Source: Candidatus Vogelbacteria bacterium (GTDB lineage: Bacteria > Patescibacteriota > Minisyncoccia > Phycocordibacterales > XYD1-FULL-46-19). Taken from it: DNA of 64,000 nucleotides. The notes under the pieces are model-generated. The model was given only the letters and a program-made list of their open reading frames with translations, made no database searches and was not told the origin of the DNA. Below, piece after piece: positions 1-9,034 of this stretch. The stretch spans positions 1,604 to 65,603 of the forward strand of contig CAIRHC010000010.1 of assembly GCA_903878275.1 (NCBI GenBank), in the 5' to 3' direction. The position numbers were made by a program, and so were the translations under genes. Each line of letters starts with the position of its first letter. The stretch's first letter is position 1.

Positions 1-2985
1 TTCCGCCAAAAATGGGGTGACTGGTGCCAAGACTTTAGCAATTTCTAATAAAACAAAACGAGTAACCGCTGAAACATTTTTCTTGTCATTTTCGTCGTCA
101 CTTTTAAAACGATCTCGCGAACGACGTAGATACCAAGTGGAGAGGTCATCAATAAACTCATCGATCGGGCGAAGGGCACGGTCTAGTTCATATTTATCAA
201 AAGATTCGGTCACCTGAATAATAGTTTCGCCAAGCCGGACCAAAATCCACTTGTCTAAAATATTGGAAATTTCCGTCGGTTTAAGTTCGAGATTTTTATT
301 TTCAGCTTCCACATAGGTCTGATAGAAAGAACAAACATTTTGCAAACGCATTATAATTTTCCGCTGAATTTCTGCCACGCCCTTTTCGGAAAAATTTAAA
401 TCTTCTGCCCGCACTACCGGTAAAGACATCAAATAAAAGCGGAGAGCGTCAGCCCCATAACGATCGACGACCAGTGAGAGCTCTGGAAAATTCCGCAAGC
501 TCTTTGACATTTTTTGACCATTTTCTGCAAGAAGAAAGCCATTAACAACCACATTTTTAAACGGACTTTCACCAAAAAGCGCGGTGCCCAGAACAATTAG
601 ACTATAAAACCAACCGCGAGTTTGATCCAAACCTTCGGCGATAAAATCTGCCGGCCAACCTTTCTTCTGATCCGGATCAAAATTATCTTTTTTAAACGGA
701 TAATGATCTTGCGCATAAGGCATCGCACCTGATTCAAACCAGCAGTCAAACACATCTGGAATTCTTTTCATTTCACCACCGCAAGCACAAGCAAAAGTAA
801 CCTGATCAATAAACGGTCGATGCACGTCAAGTTCAAAATCCTGATTGCACGGCAATGGTGAAAAAATTAGTTCACGCGATTCGCCGTTTTTTAATTGACC
901 ATCCCAGTGAATAGTTTTTGATAATTCTCGGGCGGTTTTACCAGCCGAGCCAGCAAACATCATCAAGATTGGAAAACCGTGTGCCACAATCAGAATATTT
1001 TTGTTTTGATATTTTTGTTCCAATTCGTACAACAAACTCATCACGCGTTTTTTAACGTTCGCACCGGTTTCACCATTTTCGTACTGACGATAAATTTTAT
1101 CGTAGATCGAATTTTCTTTTTGGTATTCGCGCCATTCTTTGCCGTCATAAGTGCCAACATTTATTTCGCGCAAACGCTCATCAAAAATTACTTGCTCGTC
1201 AGTCAAACCAAGTTTTTCTTTAACAATCTTCACCGTTTCTTTGGTTCGGCGAAAATCGGAAGAAATTATTAAATCAATTTTTTGCTTGGCAAGCTCTTCC
1301 GCTTCCGCCATTACTTCATTTTCGCCCAAGTCGGTCAAACCATCTTTGGCCAAATCAAGACAATTGACCCGACCTTCGACATTGTTGATCGCCTGTCCGT
1401 GACGCATCGCAATATATTTGTTACCAGTTTTTTTAGATAGACGACGAATATCATCGAGAGAGCCAATTACCTCTTTTTTATCGCAACTAGCACATTTCCA
1501 AACCGGAATCGGCGCACCCCAGTAGCGCGTCCGAGAAATCGCCCAGTCACGCGCGCCTTCGAGCCAATTGCCGAAACGTCCTTCTTTGATATTTTCCGGC
1601 ACCCAATTTGTTTTCAAATTATTCGCCACCAACTTATCTTTAAAATCAGTCACTTTCACAAACCAAGAAGAAGCTGCATAATTTAAAAGTGGCGTGGCAC
1701 AACGCCAACAATGTGGGTAAGAGTGAATTATTTTTTCTTTCGCAAACAACGTACCTTTGCCCGCCAAAAATTTAATTATTTCAATGTCGGCTTGTTGCGG
1801 ATTTTCAATCGGCTTTACTTTTTGTCCAGCAAAATCTTTAACCTCTGGTTTAAATTCACCATTCATTGCCACGTGCTGGATAAACGGCAATTTTTCTTTT
1901 ACACCAAGCGCCATATCGACTTCACCAAATGCCGGTGCAATATGCACAATCCCCGTCCCGCTTTCGGTCGTCACAAAATCGGCTGGGTAAATCTGCCAAC
2001 CACGTTCTTTGTTTTCTATTTTTTCATCATTCAAATAATAATCAAAAACTGGTTTGTATTTTTTACCGACTAGCTCTTGCCCGGAAATCTTTTTTTCTTC
2101 TGTAAAATTATTTTGTTCCATTTTGTTTAAAATCCATGGAACCCTTTCTGTCGCTACAATATATTTACCGCTCTTTAAAGATAATTCTCCATCTTTTATT
2201 CCTCTGCCCAAATCTGTATTATTTTGTAGAATTGAATAACTTATTTCAGGATTGACTGCCAATGCCACATTACCGGGCAAAGTCCACGGCGTCGTCGTCC
2301 ACGCCAAAACAAAAGTTCCCGGTTCGTCAACAAGTTCAAATTTTACCGTCACCGAAATATCCGTAATATCTTTGTAGCCTTGAGTTACTTCAAAATTGGA
2401 TAAGGTCGTCTCGCAACGAGGGCAAAGATGCATTGCTTTGTAACCTTCGTAAACTAAACCCTTGTCGGACAAATTCTTAAAAATCCACCAGACCGTTTCC
2501 GAATAGCTCGGATCCATTGTCCGGTAATCGTCTTCCATATCCACAAAACGTCCGAGTCTTGGCACAATTTTTCGCCAGTCATCAGCATAACGTAAGACAC
2601 TATCTTTGGCTTTTTGGTTGAAATTTTCAACACCGTAATCTTCGATATCTTTTTTGGTTTTTAAACCAAGTTCTTTTTCAATTAAATTTTCCACTGGCAG
2701 ACCGTGACAATCCCAACCCCAACGCCGACGGACATAAAAACCCTGCATCGTTTTGTAGCGAGGAATGACGTCTTTGATCGTGCCAGCGGTCAAATGACCA
2801 TAGTGAGGTAGCCCAGTCGCAAAGGGCGGACCATCATAAAAAGTAAAGGAACCTTTTGTTGATCCACTGATTAGTGACTTTTCTAGCGATTGCTCAAAAA
2901 TCTTATTCTCTTGCCAAAATTTTAGAATTTCTTCCTCGCGCTTAGCAATTTCTGATTTTTGCCCTTCATTTTCTTCAAGCGACAT
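1..2985 (-). CDS. ileS: Isoleucyl-tRNA synthetase, type 2. The N-terminal ~995 aa are present; the C-terminus lies beyond the window start. It carries an in-frame inserted PGAM-like domain.
   Basis: Manual minus-strand translation from ATG at 2985 gives MSLEENEGQKSEIAKREEEILKFWQENKIF... Class-I IleRS motifs are present: PPFATGLPHYGH (HIGH), TTTPWTLPGN (editing domain), YPHCWRCATP, DWAISRTRYWGAPIPVW, DVHRPFID, DVFDCWFESG, GQKMSKS. The ORF is open to position 1. It is absent from the ORF track because it is truncated by the window edge. Confidence 0.93.
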   Translation of the reverse strand, partial: MSLEENEGQKSEIAKREEEILKFWQENKIFEQSLEKSLISGSTKGSFTFYDGPPFATGLPHYGHLTAGTIKDVIPRYKTMQGFYVRRRWGWDCHGLPVENLIEKELGLKTKKDIEDYGVENFNQKAKDSVLRYADDWRKIVPRLGRFVDMEDDYRTMDPSYSETVWWIFKNLSDKGLVYEGYKAMHLCPRCETTLSNFEVTQGYKDITDISVTVKFELVDEPGTFVLAWTTTPWTLPGNVALAVNPEISYSILQNNTDLGRGIKDGELSLKSGKYIVATERVPWILNKMEQNNFTEEKKISGQELVGKKYKPVFDYYLNDEKIENKERGWQIYPADFVTTESGTGIVHIAPAFGEVDMALGVKEKLPFIQHVAMNGEFKPEVKDFAGQKVKPIENPQQADIEIIKFLAGKGTLFAKEKIIHSYPHCWRCATPLLNYAASSWFVKVTDFKDKLVANNLKTNWVPENIKEGRFGNWLEGARDWAISRTRYWGAPIPVWKCASCDKKEVIGSLDDIRRLSKKTGNKYIAMRHGQAINNVEGRVNCLDLAKDGLTDLGENEVMAEAEELAKQKIDLIISSDFRRTKETVKIVKEKLGLTDEQVIFDERLREINVGTYDGKEWREYQKENSIYDKIYRQYENGETGANVKKRVMSLLYELEQKYQNKNILIVAHGFPILMMFAGSAGKTARELSKTIHWDGQLKNGESRELIFSPLPCNQDFELDVHRPFIDQVTFACACGGEMKRIPDVFDCWFESGAMPYAQDHYPFKKDNFDPDQKKGWPADFIAEGLDQTRGWFYSLIVLGTALFGESPFKNVVVNGFLLAENGQKMSKSLRNFPELSLVVDRYGADALRFYLMSLPVVRAEDLNFSEKGVAEIQRKIIMRLQNVCSFYQTYVEAENKNLELKPTEISNILDKWILVRLGETIIQVTESFDKYELDRALRPIDEFIDDLSTWYLRRSRDRFKSDDENDKKNVSAVTRFVLLEIAKVLAPVTPFLAE
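846..1425 (-). other. Histidine phosphatase (phosphoglycerate-mutase-like) domain, ~190 aa, inserted inside IleRS between the IGS..L segment and the DxHRPxID motif
   Basis: Translated insert reads NKYIAMRHGQAINNVEGRVNCLDLAKDG...SDFRRTKETV...ERLREINVGTYDGKEW...ILIVAHGFPILM. The RHG and AHG catalytic His motifs and an SxxRRxxET block are typical of the PGAM/histidine-phosphatase superfamily. The insert is flanked by IleRS WKCASCDKKEVIGSLDDI upstream and SPLPCNQDFELDVHRPFIDQVTFACACGG downstream. Confidence 0.75.
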
Positions 2986-3091
2986 TATTATAATTTACCG
3001 TAAAATACGGATATTTACAATATCGCTCGAGTTTGATAATAATACAAATAGAGAGGAAATTGTTCCGATCTCAAAATAAGGAGAAAAAGTA

Positions 3092-3301
3092 ATGATAAAC
3101 AAAGAAGGTTCTGGGTTGTCTTTTGTCGACAGCAATACTGGGCGAATTTTTCTGACTATCTCTCGTTATGATATAAAGGGAACAGCTAATCCGCCGAAGT
3201 ACATAAAAATAACGGATGCTATCGGTCGCCAGCACTACGCAAACGACAACCACGAAGAATATCACGTCTTCGACAAAATCTTAACCAGTAAAGGTTTGTA
3301 A
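3092..3301 (+). CDS. Hypothetical small protein (69 aa)
   Basis: ORF with Shine-Dalgarno AAGGAGAAAAAG ending 5 nt before the ATG. It is immediately followed by a GC-palindrome terminator. No recognisable motif. Confidence 0.5.
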   Translation: MINKEGSGLSFVDSNTGRIFLTISRYDIKGTANPPKYIKITDAIGRQHYANDNHEEYHVFDKILTSKGL

Positions 3302-3318
3302 CAAAACAGCGGTTTCTA

Positions 3319-3356
3319 CCCCGCGAGCGCAAGCGCTCGCGGGGCTTTATTTTTGG
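3319..3356 (+). terminator. Rho-independent terminator: 26-nt palindrome CCCCGCGAGCGCAAGCGCTCGCGGGG followed by CTTTATTTTT
   Basis: Perfect 12-bp GC stem plus U-tract directly after the stop of the 3092..3301 ORF. An identical palindrome recurs at 30064-30089. Confidence 0.8.
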
Positions 3357-3424
3357 CTTTACTAAATAATTTTGGTATGTTAGAAATAAATCGGAAATAT
3401 AAAAATAGAAAGGAGGTGATTTTT

Positions 3425-3619
3425 GTGGAACTAATAGTTACCCGCGAAGGTGACAACGAAATCCATATTTACGAGGATATCGGAACAGAAGCTATCATTC
3501 GTCGGGAAAAAAATAAGATAATCCTAACGATGTGGCCAGCCGATCCTTTGGTAATTAGGAAGAATGAACCACTGTATAAACATTTCAAAGCGATTTTAGA
3601 TGATCCCGAAATCGGCTAA
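3425..3619 (+). CDS. Hypothetical small protein (~64 aa from a GTG start; the track ORF starts earlier at 3353)
   Basis: Strong SD GAAAGGAGGTGA 7 nt upstream of GTG at 3425. A hairpin terminator follows. There is weak C-terminal similarity to the preceding small ORF (HVFDKIL vs KHFKAIL). Confidence 0.45.
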   Translation: MELIVTREGDNEIHIYEDIGTEAIIRREKNKIILTMWPADPLVIRKNEPLYKHFKAILDDPEIG

Positions 3620-3632
3620 ATTGCAATTTCAT

Positions 3633-3672
3633 CCCACACGAGCGCTTGCGCTCGTGTGGGATTTATTTTAAA
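3633..3672 (+). terminator. Rho-independent terminator CCCACACGAGCGC-TT-GCGCTCGTGTGGG plus ATTTATTTT
   Basis: 13-bp perfect stem plus T-run. It sits between convergent genes: the small ORF on + and argS on -. Confidence 0.75.
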
Positions 3673-3674
3673 TT

Positions 3675-5411
3675 TTACATTTTTTCCAAAACCGGAATCG
3701 CCAAGATATTCAAACCGTTTTTCAAAACAATCGCCGTTGCTTTCGCCAGAGTCAAGCGTGAGGCTTCTTCATCACTGCCGATAATTTTATTTTGCGCATA
3801 AAAAGAATTGAAGGCACCAGCGATACTTATTAAATAAGAGACTAGTGTTTGCGGCGAAAGATTGTTGTAAGATTTTTCGATAATCTCTGGTAACAAATAA
3901 AGTTGTCGTGCCAAAATCGAACTGGCTTCTTCTGGCGATATTTCATCCCCAACCTCTTTCCCTTGTTCCGAGGCTTTTAATATTACTGAAAAAATTCTAG
4001 CATAAGTATATTGCAAATAAGGACCGGAATCACCTTCAAAAGATAGCGATTTAGCAAAATCAAAAATAATATCTTGCCCTGGTGATTGTTTTAAGATCGA
4101 ATACTTCAACGCCCCGACCGCCACTTTTTCCGCAATCTGCTTTTTCTCATCAATCGACATTTCTTGCCCAACCATTTTTTCTAAAACTTTTTCGCCCACC
4201 TCGCCGATCAGATTCTTTGCGGTAATCACATCGCCAGTGCGCGAAGACATTTTTCCAGTCGGCAAACGCAACATTCCGTGGGCGATATGTTTAGTTTTTT
4301 CGGCAACTTCTGGCAAAATTTGTTCTAAGGCTTTCAACATCACCCGAAAATATTCTTTTTGTTCTTCAGCAGTAATGGAAATTGATAAATCAAATGGGTA
4401 TTTTTCCAATTTAATTTTTGCCAAACCTAAATCTTTCGCCTCATAAGTCGGCAAACCTTCATTGTTTATAAAAACCCGTGTATGCAAAGACACATCGAAC
4501 AAGTCACCCCTAAAAACCACCGCCCCATCGCTTTTTTCAAACACACCACTCGCCAGACCATCTTCGACAAGCTTCTGCCCGACCGCCCAAGTTTCACTTT
4601 CAAAGAAATAATAATCAAACGCTTTCCCCTCTTTTTCGTTGTGGTTTGTGCCGAGCAGTTTATAAATAGTTTCAAAATAATCCAAACTCCACTCACGACC
4701 TAAGTCGTAAAGCTGGTTGATATGGTCGTCGTTTCGTTTGTAAACCTTTTTATTTAAAATAGTTATGCCTTCTTTGGCTTCTTGATTGTTGTCAAAATCA
4801 TAAGCACCTAGAGCGTAACACTGTCCAAGATAAGCCACTTTTTCTAGCAGATTTGCTTCTCGATCAGGCTGTTCATTTTCTTTGCGCACCATTCCCCATA
4901 AAGTTTTCGCCACATGCATTCCGACATCACCCTGATAACAAGCTCGCTTGACCTCTGCCCCACTGGCTTCAATGATTCGCGAAAGAGTTTCGCCGATTGT
5001 ATTATTCATCAAATGCCCAACATGAAAAAGCTTAAACGGATTTGGATCGGTGTATTCCACCATTACTTTTTGACCAACCAACAAATCATTGTGACCAAAA
5101 CTATCACCCGTCATTAAAATTTCTTTCAAGTTCTCGATAAAAAAGTTTTTTGACAAAGTAAAATTGATAAAACCAGGACCCGCCACATAAACCTCTTCGA
5201 GATTTTCATTTTTGACACTCAAAATTTTGTCCTTAATTTTTTCTGCCAGTTTTACTGCGTCTTCACTATTTTTTTGCGCCAAAACCAACGCGATGTTGGT
5301 CGAAAAATCACCAAAAGTTAATTCGGGATGAAAAAGCTCAATTTTTTCTGCCGACAAACCGATTTCCTCAACTGAACTCGCGATTAAATTAGACAATAGA
5401 TTTTTGATCAT
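3675..5411 (-). CDS. argS: Arginyl-tRNA synthetase
   Basis: The translation has an ArgRS-like N-terminus (MIKNLLSNLIASSVEEIGLSAEKIELFHPE...), HVGH class-I motif, GKMSSRTG and a C-terminal ...LEKM. The first ATG is at 5411. The track ORF uses an upstream TTG at 5450 as an alternative start. Confidence 0.9.
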   Translation of the reverse strand: MIKNLLSNLIASSVEEIGLSAEKIELFHPELTFGDFSTNIALVLAQKNSEDAVKLAEKIKDKILSVKNENLEEVYVAGPGFINFTLSKNFFIENLKEILMTGDSFGHNDLLVGQKVMVEYTDPNPFKLFHVGHLMNNTIGETLSRIIEASGAEVKRACYQGDVGMHVAKTLWGMVRKENEQPDREANLLEKVAYLGQCYALGAYDFDNNQEAKEGITILNKKVYKRNDDHINQLYDLGREWSLDYFETIYKLLGTNHNEKEGKAFDYYFFESETWAVGQKLVEDGLASGVFEKSDGAVVFRGDLFDVSLHTRVFINNEGLPTYEAKDLGLAKIKLEKYPFDLSISITAEEQKEYFRVMLKALEQILPEVAEKTKHIAHGMLRLPTGKMSSRTGDVITAKNLIGEVGEKVLEKMVGQEMSIDEKKQIAEKVAVGALKYSILKQSPGQDIIFDFAKSLSFEGDSGPYLQYTYARIFSVILKASEQGKEVGDEISPEEASSILARQLYLLPEIIEKSYNNLSPQTLVSYLISIAGAFNSFYAQNKIIGSDEEASRLTLAKATAIVLKNGLNILAIPVLEKM

Positions 5412-5455
5412 AGGCAAGGACAGAATACCACAAATCCCCACTTTTTTCAAAAAAA

Positions 5456-5881
5456 TTACCGTTTGCCAGTACTACCAAAACCACCTTCGCCACGCACCGA
5501 ATCAGACAATTCGCTCACCTCTTTAATTTCTGGTTGCTCAATTTTTTGAATCAACATTTGAGCCACCTTGTCATTCTTTTTAATTACATAATCTTCGGAC
5601 GAGAGATTGATAATCACTACCTGCAATTCTCCACGATAACCAGAATCAACGACCCCTGCCATTGTTTTAAGACCGTGATTGGAAGCCAGACCACTTTTAT
5701 CCCACACCAAACCGACAAAACCATCGGGAATCTCAAAAGCCAACCCAGTCTTGATTCGCCCACGTTCACCAGTTTTTATGGTCATTTCCTCAAGAGCAAA
5801 AATATCCATTCCAGCATCGTCAGAATGTGCATAAGCTGGTAATTTAGCCTCGACATCCAATTTTTTAATTTTTATTTCCAT
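5456..5881 (-). CDS. dut: dUTP diphosphatase (dUTPase)
   Basis: 141-aa protein with dUTPase motifs: AGMDIFA, GLVWDKSGLA, RGEGGFGSTG. Confidence 0.9.
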   Translation of the reverse strand: MEIKIKKLDVEAKLPAYAHSDDAGMDIFALEEMTIKTGERGRIKTGLAFEIPDGFVGLVWDKSGLASNHGLKTMAGVVDSGYRGELQVVIINLSSEDYVIKKNDKVAQMLIQKIEQPEIKEVSELSDSVRGEGGFGSTGKR

Positions 5882-5942
5882 CTTGAAATTTTAGCACTTC
5901 TCTGGCAGGATTTAAACAGATGCCCTTAACCAAAGGAGAAAA

Positions 5943-6203
5943 ATGATGCTGAAATCCATTGACGAAGAAATTAAAGTTCGGGAATTGACCGATTTGGCAA
6001 CGAAGTATGACTGTCAAACCTTGATCCATATCCCGAACGAGGAGCGAAATAACTTCTGGCAAAAACTCGAACTACTCAACCCAGAAAAAATCCTGGCAGG
6101 ACCAATCTTTTGCAAGGAGCAGGATGGTGGCTTTATTTGCCACTACACGGCTTACGTTCTCAACGAGAACGGCACGAAGATTTACTTCTTTTTCCGTTTT
6201 TGA
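5943..6203 (+). CDS. Hypothetical small protein (86 aa)
   Basis: SD AAAGGAGAAAAATG. Followed by hairpin GGCGCTCGTC-CACCAGA-CGAGCGCC plus T-rich tail. No known motif. Confidence 0.5.
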   Translation: MMLKSIDEEIKVRELTDLATKYDCQTLIHIPNEERNNFWQKLELLNPEKILAGPIFCKEQDGGFICHYTAYVLNENGTKIYFFFRF

Positions 6204-6220
6204 AACCAGAGCAAACCACC

Positions 6221-6258
6221 GGCGCTCGTCCACCAGACGAGCGCCTATTATTTTCGCA
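6221..6258. terminator. Bidirectional hairpin terminator between the small ORF (+) and glyA (-)
   Basis: Stem GGCGCTCG(TC)/(GA)CGAGCGCC followed by TATTATTTT. It abuts the glyA stop. Confidence 0.65.
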
Positions 6259-7426
6259 AAATCTGATCTATGCTTTGAGCAATTTTTATAAAATCTTTTT
6301 CTTTTTTACCGCGCGTTGTTTCGGCGGCAGTCCCAAGTCGCAAACCCGATGGATCAGCCGGATTGCGAACGTCAAACGGAATCGTATTTTTATTTACAAT
6401 AATTCCCTCTTTTTCCAATCTCGCACTCGCTTCTTTACCAGATAATTTACCGCTAGTTGATTCCACCACATCAATTAAGAGCAAGTGATTATCGGTTCCG
6501 CCAGAAACAATCCGCCAACCAAGTTTTTTTAATTCTTGCGCCAAAGTTTTGGTATTAACGATAATTTGCTTAGAGTATTTTTTAAATTCTGGCGTCATTG
6601 CTTCTTTAAGTGCCACCGCAATTCCAGCAATTTGATTTATGTGTGGTCCACCTTGCAAACCCGGGAAAACAGCTTTGTCGATTTTTTTATTTAATTCTCG
6701 TTTATCAATTCGCGAAAAAATCATTCCCGATCGCGGACCACGCAAAGTTTTATGAGTCGTGGTTGTTACCATGTCAGCATACGGAAATGGTGAAGAATGA
6801 ACCCCGCCTGCCACTAAACCAGCGATATGCGACATATCCACCATCAGATAAGCCCCGCAAGCATCGGCTATTTCGCGAAATTTTTTCCAGTCAATTTTTC
6901 TCGGATAAGCAGTAAAACCAGCCACGATAATATCTGGCTTTTCTTTTAAGGCGATCTTTTTTATTTCATCATAATTTAATTGCTCGGTTTTTTTATCAAC
7001 GCCATAAGAAATTTGTTGCCAGAATTTTCCCGATGCTGATACTTTGTGACCATGAGTTAAGTGCCCACCGTGAGACAACTCCATTCCCATAATTTTACCA
7101 TTAGGCGAAACGAGAGCTAAGTAAACGGCTAAATTTGCCGGCGAACCAGACAAAGGTTGCACATTCACCGCCCATTTTCTCGAAGACAACTTAAATAATT
7201 TTAACGCCCAGTCAATGCAAAGTTTTTCCAATTCATCGACAATTTCATTCCCACCATAATAACGGGCGTCGGCATAACCTTCAGCGTATTTATTAGTAAA
7301 CACCGAACCAAGCGCCTCGAGTACATCTTTCGACACGTAATTTTCCGAGGCAATGAGGTTTATCACCTCTTTTTGCCTTTTCTCTTCAGCTTTTATAAGT
7401 TTTTCAATTTGTTTATCTTTCATCAC
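6248..7426 (-). CDS. glyA: Serine hydroxymethyltransferase
   Basis: 392 aa. SHMT motifs present: LIASENYVS, YAEGYADARYYGG, TTTTHKTLRGPRSG (PLP lysine region). Confidence 0.95.
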   Translation of the reverse strand: MMKDKQIEKLIKAEEKRQKEVINLIASENYVSKDVLEALGSVFTNKYAEGYADARYYGGNEIVDELEKLCIDWALKLFKLSSRKWAVNVQPLSGSPANLAVYLALVSPNGKIMGMELSHGGHLTHGHKVSASGKFWQQISYGVDKKTEQLNYDEIKKIALKEKPDIIVAGFTAYPRKIDWKKFREIADACGAYLMVDMSHIAGLVAGGVHSSPFPYADMVTTTTHKTLRGPRSGMIFSRIDKRELNKKIDKAVFPGLQGGPHINQIAGIAVALKEAMTPEFKKYSKQIIVNTKTLAQELKKLGWRIVSGGTDNHLLLIDVVESTSGKLSGKEASARLEKEGIIVNKNTIPFDVRNPADPSGLRLGTAAETTRGKKEKDFIKIAQSIDQILRK

Positions 7427-7554
7427 TTCTTCATACTAAAACAAAAACTCTGACTTGCCAAACTGTCAAGGTTTGCTAGTATCGAATACAGAGAGTAATT
7501 AGTTCTCCGTCAACCAACTAACCCTGTTTTGTTTACAAAAGAAAGGAGCTACAG

Positions 7555-8457
7555 ATGTTCAAACTAAAACCTTATGAGGAAAGAACGCCGGATCGACAAT
7601 ATCAGGATTTGCTACGATATGTCGTCGATAACGGCAAATGGAAAAAGAATACTAACCAGGGCTTACCGGCTCTAACCGTATTCCGTCCGCCTATTCAGTT
7701 GCGCTACGACCTACAAAACGGTTTTCCACTTATCACCGAACGCCGAATTAGTTTTTGGCGTAAGGCGGTCGGCGAAATATTCGCCTTCGTCAACGGTGCA
7801 ACCACAACCAAAGAACTCGAAGCTTTTGGTTGTGATTGGTGGAGCACTTGGGCGACCAAAGAAAATGCCGAGAATGTCGGTCTCGAAGAAGGACAACTAG
7901 GAAACTTCGCTTCTTATGGAGCAGCGTTCCATCATTTTCCAACACCCAACAAACCCGAGGGTTTTAATCAGTTCGAAGCGTTGGTGCTCGGGCTGAAACA
8001 AAAACCTTGGTCACGAACGAATCTGATTTCGCCGTGGGTGCCGTACTTCGCTTCGGAGTTCGGTAAGCGGCGAGTGTTTTGTGCCCCGTGCCACGGTTGG
8101 ATAAACTGCCACGTCCACGACGGGATTTTAGATCTCGCTATGGACCAACGCTCGGCTGATTTAATTATCGGAGTACCAGCCAACTTGATTCAGTACTCGG
8201 TATTACTTTTAGCCTTGGCGGAAGTGACAGGTTTGATTCCCGGTGAATATATCCACACCTTTGTGGATGCTCACATCTACGCCAACCAGATGGAAGCCGT
8301 AGCAGATATATTAGACCGTGAGCCACTTCGTCTACCGACGGTAAAGATTGTTGATCCAGAAAAAATAAACAGTCTCTTCGATTTTCGAACGCAGCATTTC
8401 GAAGTTTCCGACTATCACCCACACCCACCAATCAGCGATATTCCGGTGGCAGTTTAA
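7555..8457 (+). CDS. thyA: Thymidylate synthase ThyA-family protein, divergent
   Basis: The catalytic core is retained: GFPLITERR, CAPCH (nucleophile Cys), DQRSADLIIGVPANLIQYS (Asn retained), DAHIYANQ. The E. coli R21 and R127 equivalents are not obvious. SD AAAGGAG upstream. Followed by folA after a 10-nt gap. Confidence 0.8.
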   Translation: MFKLKPYEERTPDRQYQDLLRYVVDNGKWKKNTNQGLPALTVFRPPIQLRYDLQNGFPLITERRISFWRKAVGEIFAFVNGATTTKELEAFGCDWWSTWATKENAENVGLEEGQLGNFASYGAAFHHFPTPNKPEGFNQFEALVLGLKQKPWSRTNLISPWVPYFASEFGKRRVFCAPCHGWINCHVHDGILDLAMDQRSADLIIGVPANLIQYSVLLLALAEVTGLIPGEYIHTFVDAHIYANQMEAVADILDREPLRLPTVKIVDPEKINSLFDFRTQHFEVSDYHPHPPISDIPVAV

Positions 8458-8467
8458 GGAGAAAAGA

Positions 8468-8971
8468 ATGCTAAACATTGTCGTAGCCATAAGTCTGAAC
8501 GGCGTCATCGGGCGACAAGGAAAATTACCGTGGAACCTGCCAAGTGATTTACGGCAATTCCGCGATATAACGATCGGTCACGCCGTAATAATGGGTCGCA
8601 AGACTTATGAGTCACTACCTAATCGCTACCGACCCCTACCGAACAGAGAGAACATTGTTCTTTCAAGAAAACGAGACCTGATTGTTCCGAGCGGGATAGT
8701 CTGCCGGACTCTCGACCAAGCTCTAAGTTCGGCTTTGTCGATTCAACGGAAATACATAATCGGCGGTGAAGAAATTTTTCGCCAACTTTTACCGATCACC
8801 GACCAGTTGATCGTGACCGAGGTTCAGATCGTCATCAAAAACGGTGATGCTTTTTTCCCCCAAATTGATAGTGACGACTGGCAAATCGTCGGACAAAAAG
8901 CTCCAAAACAGGAAGAAGGTGATGAATTCCCTTACGCCAAAAAAGTTTATTGGCGTAAACGAAAAACTTAA
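8468..8971 (+). CDS. folA: Dihydrofolate reductase
   Basis: MLNIVVAISLNGVIGRQGKLPWNLPSDLRQFRDITIGHAVIMGRKTYESLP is the DHFR signature. Tightly coupled downstream of thyA. Confidence 0.9.
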   Translation: MLNIVVAISLNGVIGRQGKLPWNLPSDLRQFRDITIGHAVIMGRKTYESLPNRYRPLPNRENIVLSRKRDLIVPSGIVCRTLDQALSSALSIQRKYIIGGEEIFRQLLPITDQLIVTEVQIVIKNGDAFFPQIDSDDWQIVGQKAPKQEEGDEFPYAKKVYWRKRKT

Positions 8972-8977
8972 ATTACC

Positions 8978-9016
8978 GCCCCGACGCGCCCTGCGCGTCG
9001 GGGCGCTTTTCTTTTT
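8978..9016 (+). terminator. Rho-independent terminator GCCCCGACGCGC-CCT-GCGCGTCGGGGC plus GCTTTTCTTTTT
   Basis: Perfect 12-bp stem and U-tract after the folA stop. Confidence 0.8.
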
Positions 9017-9034
9017 AAAAAATAGAATGTTAAA

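Noticed and set aside
7427-7554. Possible riboswitch or leader in the ~70-nt 5' UTR of thyA downstream of TTGCCA-N16-TAGTAT
   Set aside because: The promoter-like hexamers are visible. I could not identify any conserved riboswitch core or convincing secondary structure in the UTR. It is left unannotated.
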